A stretch of DNA of 64,000 nucleotides from a virus: positions 35,251-99,250 of IMG/VR virus record IMGVR_UViG_3300025108_000001. The stretch is one strand, 5' to 3'. Of the stretch, positions 18,944 through 26,990 are shown in pieces. Position numbers and translations under genes: made by a program. Each line of letters opens with the position of its first letter. Position 1 is the first letter of the stretch. The notes beneath the pieces were generated by a model. That model made no database searches and was not told the DNA's origin. It worked only from the letters and a program-made list of their open reading frames with translations.

Positions 18944-19139
18944 GATAACCACCACCTGCTTTTTTGTAAGCGGCTGCAAGCATTTGTGCTTTTCTTGCAG
19001 ACCATTGACCTGCCGCACCACCTTTACTACCTGCTTTAATTCTTTGAAATTGTTTTTTTCTCATCGTGGGTTTAGTATAATTACCTGCTGAATTAACGGT
19101 AGATTTCTTTTTCTTCTTAAGAACTTCAAACCAACTCAT
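18936..19139 (-). CDS. Basic protein resembling the DUF5872 N-terminal half, with MSWFEVLK tag
   Basis: NYTKP..R...IKAGSKGGAAGQWSARKAQMLAAAYKKAGGGY. Confidence 0.7.
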   Translation of the reverse strand: MSWFEVLKKKKKSTVNSAGNYTKPTMRKKQFQRIKAGSKGGAAGQWSARKAQMLAAAYKKAGGGYRD

Positions 19140-19635
19140 AAGCATCACCCCAATATTTAGTTATAGAGTTACCACTCCTTGATTGTTTTCTAGGTTTTCC
19201 AGTTATCTTATCAAAATACCCTGAATTATAATTTTTCCCTAAGTAATATTTAAGTTCGTTTCCAGTAGGAATAGTGCTAGCACCTGTATTAAAATTATTT
19301 TTTGACTCACTCATTTTATCATACATTAACTCTAGTATCTCTCTAGGAGTTTTCGGCTCTGTAACTTCTAACATAACTTCTTCTATCAACTTCTTAGCAT
19401 GAATAGACATAGACCTAGAACCTTTCTTTTCTATTTTAGAATTTAAAAATTTAGGAAACGCTCCTGTTCTTTTAACACCTTTCTTTTCTCTTGCCTTTCT
19501 AGTACAACGTCCACATAACTCTATTCCTTTTGACGATGCAGAAGGAGTAAGTTTGGTATTGCACACCGGATTAACACAAACCTTTCTAGGTTTAGTGTTA
19601 ACAGGTGTAGCCTTAATTGTGTCAAACCAACTCAT
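19126..19635 (-). CDS. Zn-finger plus wHTH-like protein with MSWFDTIK tag
   Basis: CVNPVC...CGRC, followed by a PKTPREILELM helix. Confidence 0.65.
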   Translation of the reverse strand: MSWFDTIKATPVNTKPRKVCVNPVCNTKLTPSASSKGIELCGRCTRKAREKKGVKRTGAFPKFLNSKIEKKGSRSMSIHAKKLIEEVMLEVTEPKTPREILELMYDKMSESKNNFNTGASTIPTGNELKYYLGKNYNSGYFDKITGKPRKQSRSGNSITKYWGDAYELV

Positions 19636-19646
19636 TGTCTGCCTCT

Positions 19647-19940
19647 TTATTCTATTCTTTCAGAAGGTATGTTAAACTCAAAATTATCCACTTCTCCCAA
19701 TGTTGTCAAATTTGTTTCTAATTTACCTAAACCGATTTGTATATCTAATAACAGTTCCCGAATTGCATCATGGTCAAATCTATTTTCTTCAGTTTTAGGT
19801 GTATCATAAAGCGCCTTTCTTGTTGCCTCAATACCATCCACTAAAACATTAAAATTTTTCATCATCTCTTTCATACTATCTGCATCTATTTTTTGCTTTA
19901 TTATAGTAGTTTCTTTCTTAAGCATATTTTCCCAACTAAT
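19647..19940 (-). CDS. Hypothetical protein with (M)SWENMLK tag, probable ATT start
   Basis: GGGGTG-tttt-ATT AGT TGG at 19940. Confidence 0.65.
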   Translation of the reverse strand: MSWENMLKKETTIIKQKIDADSMKEMMKNFNVLVDGIEATRKALYDTPKTEENRFDHDAIRELLLDIQIGLGKLETNLTTLGEVDNFEFNIPSERIE

Positions 19941-20137
19941 AAAACACCCCCCCAGTAAACACATTACCTTCTAAAAGACTCAAGTTTAATATTATTCCGT
20001 TTCCTACTATTTTTGTGGGTAATAAAATGTTTTACCTAACGAAAAGTGAAAAATGTGGTGGAATTTTTTTACCACTAGCGCGCGTTTTTTTTTTAATTTA
20101 CTACCATAACCGTAATAAGGATACTATTATTAAAAAA

Positions 20138-20380
20138 TTAAGGAGCATAAAACGGCTTAACTCTTCTATTACAAGTAGTGCAATGTTTATCATTCCATTC
20201 TCCTGATGCGAAATTTAAATGACCCTTACAATAAGGACAGTAAGGGCGTTTTCTTTTACTAACGCTATCAAGAGCAGGTTTTTTATGTGTTTTTGTATTC
20301 TTTTTATTGTTATTACTATTAAAGTGGCCTAGATTCTTAATTATAGTGAACCACAAGCCGTCAGATACTACCATTGTCAT
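20138..20380 (-). CDS. Zn-ribbon protein with tag variant (LWFTIIK)
   Basis: CPYC...CTTC; first gene of the minus-strand block. Confidence 0.6.
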   Translation of the reverse strand: MTMVVSDGLWFTIIKNLGHFNSNNNKKNTKTHKKPALDSVSKRKRPYCPYCKGHLNFASGEWNDKHCTTCNRRVKPFYAP

Positions 20381-20618
20381 GCCTACCACTAGTAAAGTTA
20401 ATTAAATTAACGATAATAAATAAAAAAAAATAAAAAAAATTTGCAAACAAAGCATATGGTTGGAGGCTAGGTTTAATCCAACCATATGGTATGGCTGTGA
20501 CTTTGGTAAGGCCAACCCTATCTGAATATAGTGAGTTATAGTATGTCAGAAGTTAAGGACTTACACGATGAAATAAAAATTTGGAGACAGCATATGAAAG
20601 AATGTAGGAGTGGTTTAA

Positions 20619-21014
20619 ATGAATAATATATTTCAACATAGGCATTATAATTATCTTGCTTTAGAATTGCCCTTTATATTGGGTTTAAATGAAGCCGAGG
20701 TTTCTTCTATGGCTACTAATCTGAAATACCATAATGAAAATTTTAATCATAATAGATTTATGAACACATGGCGTAGAGAAGTTGAAAGAAGGAATGATGA
20801 AATGGAAATTACCATAGATAATCTTTCACATTATACATTTGATACAGAAGCACACAATTCGGGTAAATGTCCTGTTTGTGGAATAAACAACATAGGATAT
20901 TACAAAGACGAAGTTGGCGTACTACGCCAATGCTTTGACTGTGGTTCTGAATGGAATGATGAAATGGAAATTACCATAGAATTAACCGAAGAAACAGGAA
21001 GTGAAGTAGAATGA
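20619..21014 (+). CDS. Zn-ribbon protein with an internal 28-bp direct repeat
   Basis: CPVC...CFDC; GGAATGATGAAATGGAAATTACCATAGA at 20791 and 20953. Confidence 0.7.
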   Translation: MNNIFQHRHYNYLALELPFILGLNEAEVSSMATNLKYHNENFNHNRFMNTWRREVERRNDEMEITIDNLSHYTFDTEAHNSGKCPVCGINNIGYYKDEVGVLRQCFDCGSEWNDEMEITIELTEETGSEVE

Positions 21015-21289
21015 ATATAGAAGAATATGAGAAAATGAATTGGAAAACACCATCTGATGAATTAGAAGATGCGGTGGAAAACTTAGTTGCAGAAGTGAAA
21101 AAGTTGCGTGAAGTCATAAGGAAAACCGAAAACCTTTGTACTCACAATTATGTGACTATATCGGACTTTGAGATTAACGGCATAAATGTCAGCGTTACTA
21201 TCCAATGCGATAGGTGCGGAGAAACACAGCAACAAACTTTAGACATAGAGCAGATAATATGGGATTTGGAATTGGGGTGGATAGATTGA
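21011..21289 (+). CDS. Small coiled-coil plus Zn-binding protein
   Basis: CTH...CDRC; ATGA overlap. Confidence 0.65.
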   Translation: MNIEEYEKMNWKTPSDELEDAVENLVAEVKKLREVIRKTENLCTHNYVTISDFEINGINVSVTIQCDRCGETQQQTLDIEQIIWDLELGWID

Positions 21290-21407
21290 GTAAAATATTA
21301 GGTTAGAACAAACCTAACAAAAATTGTTCCCCTGAGGGGGGTTGCGTTTCTCAAAGTTCCACTTACAACCATATGGTGTGGTGGCGACTTATACATGAGT
21401 AATGTAA

Positions 21408-21437
21408 TTACTCTTGTTCTTCTTCTTCTTCGTCCAC
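21408..21437 (-). CDS. Acidic micro-ORF (M)DEEEEEQE
   Basis: GGAGGTGA SD 5 nt before GTG. Confidence 0.45.
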   Translation of the reverse strand: MDEEEEEQE

Positions 21438-21572
21438 GTTTATCACCTCCCAATGTGGTAGCGCATCAATACTGATGCTACCATATGGTTGTGCGCGTTG
21501 TAAAACTTTGAGAACAATGTGCTGCAACCCGATGGTCTTTCGACCAAAGGGCTACCATGCATTGTGAGTGCC

Positions 21573-21605
21573 TTAATTTTCCTCTTCTTCTTCATCGTCT
21601 TTCAT
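21573..21605 (-). CDS. Acidic micro-ORF MKDDEEEEEN
   Basis: AAGGAGGT SD 8 nt before ATG; followed by a GGTC-GAAA-GACC hairpin. Confidence 0.45.
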   Translation of the reverse strand: MKDDEEEEEN

Positions 21606-21730
21606 GGTAGCATACCTCCTTTCATACTATACAGTCTGATAACTAATATATGAGGTATTACTCAAAGTTTCATACCATATGGTTGTGTAACACTTTGTAG
21701 TTCATAACCCCACTATTTTTAGTAAAATAG

Positions 21731-21946
21731 TATCATAGGGCTTCGGTGAAAGTTGATTCTTTTCATACTTCTAGCAGTGGGAAATTCGTTGTGCTAATAT
21801 TGTTCAACCGATTAATTATACAATACTGTTCTAGAATAGTATGCATATGTCATTGAAATTTTAATAGAGACAAGAACGAATGTTCTGACAAATCTAAAAG
21901 TGGGATAAATCCTGTGATTCAATCAATTCACTTCAGCCCTGTGATA
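21731..21946 (+). ncRNA. Candidate structured non-coding RNA
   Basis: 21731-21758 pairs with 21921-21946 (three helices, with a U-G wobble only on the + strand); no ORF of 60 aa or more. Confidence 0.35.
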
Positions 21947-21957
21947 TCTTGGGAATT

Positions 21958-22179
21958 TTACATTTGATTTAGTGCATCAAGGTAGGTCTTGAGTACATTG
22001 AGTGCTTTACCTGTTTCTTCTACTACTTGAGAAGGTGAATCACCTCTAATTTTAAGAGACTTAACAATGTAGACGTGATTTGAACCCGACTTAGATTGGG
22101 AAATCTCAATCTCATAGGGGTAACTCAAGTTTAGTATCTGTTCGGGTTGCGTTGTTTGAACTAACGGTTCTGTTGACAT
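21958..22179 (-). CDS. Small hypothetical protein
   Basis: 73-aa ORF between palindromes at 21674 and 22231. Confidence 0.6.
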   Translation of the reverse strand: MSTEPLVQTTQPEQILNLSYPYEIEISQSKSGSNHVYIVKSLKIRGDSPSQVVEETGKALNVLKTYLDALNQM

Positions 22180-22323
22180 ACTACCTAGAACAAAAAAGAG
22201 TATATGGGATAGAACGACAAAGTGTATCCTACCATATGGTTGTAAGTGTGCTTTGCTAACGAAACCCTATCCTGTTTTGACTTTACCAATAGTGTAAGAG
22301 GGTGAAACCCAATATATACAGGA

Positions 22324-22809
22324 ATGATAAATATGACAGAACAACAAACAATAGAAGAAAAAATTGATTTAATAACGACATGGATTGATGAAACTGATAG
22401 TTTCAACGATGATAATAATATGAGTAATTGGGCAACTTCTTCATGGGCTTACGCTCTTGAAGAATATGCGGATACTGGCATAAAATCAGTAATCACAACG
22501 ACAATTTCTCAATTTTCTAGGGCTGCTAAAAGATTTAAACTTAGTGATTATCCTCTAGGCACTAGAGGTTCAAACTCTGTTTCTGCTGAAACTCAAGCGG
22601 AAATTGACGCACACAACCCATTCTTAGATTTTATGATGGAAGCATACGAGGCTCTGCCTGAAGTTAGCCACATTCACGCTAAAAAATCAAAGGCACGACC
22701 TGACAGACGCTACCTATCAGCGAAAGATTTTAGAAATCATTGGCTAGGTATAATCACAGACAACGCAAAGGAGGCCGCTAAAACGGCTGATGTGGAGGCT
22801 ACTCAATAA
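22324..22809 (+). CDS. Hypothetical protein flanked by a 15-bp inverted repeat
   Basis: 161-aa ORF; GTGTAAGAGGGTGAA (22292-22306) and TTCACCCTCTTACAC (22820-22834). Confidence 0.7.
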   Translation: MINMTEQQTIEEKIDLITTWIDETDSFNDDNNMSNWATSSWAYALEEYADTGIKSVITTTISQFSRAAKRFKLSDYPLGTRGSNSVSAETQAEIDAHNPFLDFMMEAYEALPEVSHIHAKKSKARPDRRYLSAKDFRNHWLGIITDNAKEAAKTADVEATQ

Positions 22810-23094
22810 TTGGGTAGCCTTCACCCTCTTACACCTCAGGGTTTACATTAACAAAGCAACATTCCAAACCATATGGTTGTAGGTCTTAGATACACAAGGA
22901 TAGTAAATGGAATTTATGTACTTTATGGTGGGTCGGTCGGCTTATATATGGTTTCGTGAATCCAGTGGTGTAAATCAAGAGATGACATCATTTGCCTGAG
23001 TGTAATCTATATTTCATATAAAGATAGTATCCTTGTGGAAAATACCTTTCACTACCTACTACAACACTCATTTTGATGACTCATACTCTTGTTC

Positions 23095-23450
<356 letters not shown>

Positions 23451-24271
23451 ATTACATCACACTCACACATAAGGATTGTCTCGTAAATCTAGGACTTGAA
23501 ACTACTGAAACAGGTATAGCAATATTCCCTCAGTAGCAGAAGGTGTTAGTTGACCTTGTGGGAACTAGGGGTTTTTTACAGTAATAAGAACCGAGTAAAT
23601 AATTTGTTATCCTTAGCGGGATTGCAAGTTAAACCACTCAGAAGAAGATGCAGAAGTTTGCATTAGAAGAACCAAACCAAACAGTTGAGATTCAAACAAC
23701 TGAATTACAAGTAGCGAAAAATGACCTTCATCAGAACGGTAGTGAAGTAGCAAACGTCTTTCAAGTGCGAATTAATTCTTAGTAGGGTTGGGAAATCTAA
23801 AAAATGCTTTCTTTGGAAAAGGTATTTCCGAAGAACTAAGCGCAATAATGATGAAAGCAATTTTAGTCATGGTCTTTCGAGGCTATGCATTTGTAAGTAA
23901 TATTAGTAGTCGGCATAAGCAGTGAAACATCATTGGTAACATTTGACAATTGTTATCATACCACCTTCGTGTAAAGCGGCATAGTACGTTTTTTCTTTCC
24001 CCTTTCAAATTCAAAAATATCCTGTATGGGTTTTACCCTTACAAATGGACTTGTCTTTACTGTCATAGAGGCAAGTCCTACAACTCAAAATATCTTGATA
24101 ATTGATACTGTCATCTGATATAACTGAGTTAGGTTTTAGATAATAATAAATTGGATAAATTCGTTTCGTTCTGTAACGTGTTGGCATCTCCTATCTAGTC
24201 GTGTGGTGCGACCCAATTTTCCTAACTATCCCATTCCCAAATATAACAATAAAAATAAAGAGGAAATAAAA

Positions 24272-25711
24272 ATGAAAATAAAAGGAACAAATGAACAAGA
24301 AGAAATATGGAAAGAAATGACTTACGGTGATTCTCACATGATGGTCTATGCAGGTGCAGGTACAGGTAAAACCTTTACAATTGTAAATGGTGCTGAACAC
24401 GTTGTCGGTAGAAAATGCTTTTTAGCATTTAACAAAGCAATCGCAACGGAATTAGCAAACCAACTACCTGATGATTGTGAAGCAAAAACGTTTCACAGTC
24501 TAGGACTTGCAGCGATTAAATCAGAGAGAAGAAATTGTAAAATTGATAACAAGAAAACCTACAAGATTGTGGAAAACTTACTTGGTAAGAAATTCAAGTC
24601 AAAGTCTCAACTAGTTAAATTAGTTAGTCTCATTAAATCATCAATGGTAGAGTGGGATGACCGAGAATCAATTATCTCAATCATGCAAGAATATAACATC
24701 GAATTTGACGGTGTATTAGAAATGAATAATGCTTTGAAATACTTACCTACAATTAAAAATAATTGTATGGATTTATCAGTAGTTGACTTCGATGATATGA
24801 TTTGGCTACCTGTTGAATTAGATATGAATGTTAAACATTATGATGTAGTCTTTGTTGATGAAGCACAAGATTTCAATGAAGTTCAAAGACAATTAATTTT
24901 GAAGACTTGTAATGGTGGACGAATGATTGTAGTTGGAGACCCAAAGCAAGCAATCTATGGTTTCCGTGGTGCTGATTCAGCATCAATGAAATTATTTCAA
25001 GATACATTATCCGAATCTCCTAGAGGTGTAAAAGAGTTCACTCTTAGCATTACGTGGAGATGTCCTAAGACAGTAGTTGCAGAAGCGAATCGTTTCTTTA
25101 GTGATTATACTTGTAGGGAAGATGCAGAAGATGGCGAAGTAAATGTTAACGTAGCCTTTAACCCTAAAGTTGGAGACATGGTTCTTTGCAGAACAAACGC
25201 TCCATTAATCCAAAACTGCTTTCAATTAATTTCAGAAGGAATACCTGCCTTTGTATTAGGTAGAGACATTGGTTACAGTTTACAATTATTAGTTGGTAAG
25301 GTAACTAAGAATAACGATATGTTAGTATCTGATTTCTTACCATTACTTAACAAACATATTGAATATCAAATGGATGTATTCAGAAAAGCAGACAAAGAAA
25401 GATTAGTTCAATCACTTGATGACAAGAGACAGTGCATTACTTATCTTACTAGAAATGCAAATACTGTTCAAGGTATTCTCGACAACATCAAAGCAATCTT
25501 TGGTGATGGAAAGAAACGTGGCGTTATCTTTGCTACTATTCACAAAGCAAAGGGATTAGAAAAAGATAACATTTGGATTCTAGAGCCTCAACTTATGCCT
25601 CATCCTATGGCTAAGTCTGATGCAGATAAACAACAAGAAAAAAATCTATGTTATGTGGCAATCACAAGGGCAAAGAAAACTTTGAATTATGTAGGTGAAA
25701 GAATTGGTTAA
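24272..25711 (+). CDS. UvrD/Rep-like superfamily 1 helicase
   Basis: AGAGTGKT, VDEAQD, VGDPKQAIYGFRGAD, TIHKAKGLE, YVAITRAK; ATG at 24272 after GAGGA. Confidence 0.92.
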   Translation: MKIKGTNEQEEIWKEMTYGDSHMMVYAGAGTGKTFTIVNGAEHVVGRKCFLAFNKAIATELANQLPDDCEAKTFHSLGLAAIKSERRNCKIDNKKTYKIVENLLGKKFKSKSQLVKLVSLIKSSMVEWDDRESIISIMQEYNIEFDGVLEMNNALKYLPTIKNNCMDLSVVDFDDMIWLPVELDMNVKHYDVVFVDEAQDFNEVQRQLILKTCNGGRMIVVGDPKQAIYGFRGADSASMKLFQDTLSESPRGVKEFTLSITWRCPKTVVAEANRFFSDYTCREDAEDGEVNVNVAFNPKVGDMVLCRTNAPLIQNCFQLISEGIPAFVLGRDIGYSLQLLVGKVTKNNDMLVSDFLPLLNKHIEYQMDVFRKADKERLVQSLDDKRQCITYLTRNANTVQGILDNIKAIFGDGKKRGVIFATIHKAKGLEKDNIWILEPQLMPHPMAKSDADKQQEKNLCYVAITRAKKTLNYVGERIG

Positions 25712-25874
25712 GTGCGAAGAATGTAATGATACAGGTTTGGTTGCAATACAACTCCCCGAAGGAGGTGTTGTAGCCGAACCTTGCTTACCTTGTAATATGG
25801 AAGATTATGTTGAATATATTGATTCACTAGATTTCTTTGATAAACATGGTATTGACGAAGAGGAGGTTGAGTAA
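25704..25874 (+). CDS. Small Zn-finger protein with acidic tail (absent from ORF track)
   Basis: VKCEECNDTG...PCLPC...DEEEVE; AGGTGA SD, TTG start. Confidence 0.55.
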   Translation: MVKCEECNDTGLVAIQLPEGGVVAEPCLPCNMEDYVEYIDSLDFFDKHGIDEEEVE

Positions 25875-25931
25875 GTTGAGTATAGTCTTAACTTACTCTT
25901 CCCTGCTTTTTTTTGGGTTGGAGGAATTTGA

Positions 25932-26501
25932 ATGAATATATTTATTTTATCAGAAGATGCAGAAGAATGTACTAAGATGATGTGTGATAAACACGTTGTT
26001 AAAATGCCAACTGAAAGTTTACAAATGTTATCAACAATAGCAGACCATTTGGGATATGAAAATGTTCCATTCAAACCTGTAATGTTAAATCATCCCTGCA
26101 CTATTTGGGCTAGGGAAAGTCAACAAAACTTCTCTTTCCTACTAACACATACCGCAGCATTATGTGCTGAATATACTGTTAGATATGGAAAGAAACATAA
26201 AGTTCAAACATTGTTATTACAACATAATGACCTATGGACTAATGTTATTGATGACTTACCCGACATTGGGTTGACTCCTTTCGCAGTAGCAATATCAGAA
26301 GATATGAATTGTAGGGGAATAAAAAATTTCAATGATTTGTCGGCAGTAGAAAAATATCGCCATTACTATTTAGAAGATAAATGGTATATGGCTAAATGGA
26401 AAACCTCCCCTCCGACATGGTGGCCTAAACAACACGCAGAAAACAAACGTAAAAAATTAAAACTTTTGTATTCTGATACTGTTCAAAGATTGAGGAATTA
26501 A
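25932..26501 (+). CDS. Pyrimidine-dimer DNA glycosylase (DenV)-like protein
   Basis: MNIF.L...DKHVVKM..ES.QMLST, HPCTIWARES, EY..RYGK.H. Confidence 0.75.
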   Translation: MNIFILSEDAEECTKMMCDKHVVKMPTESLQMLSTIADHLGYENVPFKPVMLNHPCTIWARESQQNFSFLLTHTAALCAEYTVRYGKKHKVQTLLLQHNDLWTNVIDDLPDIGLTPFAVAISEDMNCRGIKNFNDLSAVEKYRHYYLEDKWYMAKWKTSPPTWWPKQHAENKRKKLKLLYSDTVQRLRN

Positions 26502-26502
26502 A

Positions 26503-26790
26503 ATGAGATTTAAAAATGTAAAACACGCAGAATATGAAATAATAAGAGCAATATTACACAACCCTAACAATGAAAACTTTATTGTTTCCATTGAAAAGGT
26601 TAGGGAAAAAGGAGTACCAAAAGGAGATAATGTAGCAGATAAACGCTTTACTAAAGCAGCCGCTAATATTATCTCTATATTGAGAAACCTTCAGGGTAGT
26701 AGGTTATCATCACTGCCCGAAGGTCATATGGACTATGGTCTCACAATTAAAGAAATGATAAAAGAAAATGTAAGGAGGAATAAGAAATGA
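26503..26790 (+). CDS. Hypothetical protein
   Basis: ORF track; tight operon packing with SD. Confidence 0.6.
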   Translation: MRFKNVKHAEYEIIRAILHNPNNENFIVSIEKVREKGVPKGDNVADKRFTKAAANIISILRNLQGSRLSSLPEGHMDYGLTIKEMIKENVRRNKK

Positions 26791-26975
26791 ATATAATAAA
26801 TGAAATAAATAACGGAAATCAAATACTAATATTACGAGACCCGATACCTAAAGGTAAATTGGGCATATCGTTTATCTTCGATGACGATAAGAGGTTCAAC
26901 GGAACATTAGATATGTCAAAACATAGAGAATTAATTCTCGCTATTGCAGAAGCAATTCAGGATGAAGAGGAATAA
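26787..26975 (+). CDS. Hypothetical protein
   Basis: ORF track; ATGA overlap. Confidence 0.55.
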   Translation: MNIINEINNGNQILILRDPIPKGKLGISFIFDDDKRFNGTLDMSKHRELILAIAEAIQDEEE

Positions 26976-26990
26976 AAATGAGTATAATAG

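Larger units (their letters stand above)
20451..22877. repeat. Dispersed palindromic repeat ACCATATGGT (6 perfect copies + 1 variant) with flanking CAAAG/CTTTG and GGGTT/AACCC subsites
   Basis: Perfect copies start at 20481, 21368, 21480, 21674, 22231 and 22868; AGCATATGGT at 20451. Confidence 0.9.

Noticed and set aside
602-19635. ATGAGTTGG (ccaactcat) repeated 13 times as a DNA-level repeat or recombination site
   Set aside because: Downstream codons vary while the amino-acid pattern is kept, MTW and MNW variants exist, and ATGAGT also begins untagged genes (e.g. 36290, 40407, 46512). The constraint looks protein-level.
1-20380. Major capsid protein or prohead protease among the large ORFs
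   Set aside because: No HK97-fold or protease motifs were recognisable; these genes probably lie outside the window.
20451-22877. ACCATATGGT repeats as a CRISPR array
   Set aside because: The core is only 10 bp and the spacings (30-887 bp) are irregular and contain genes.
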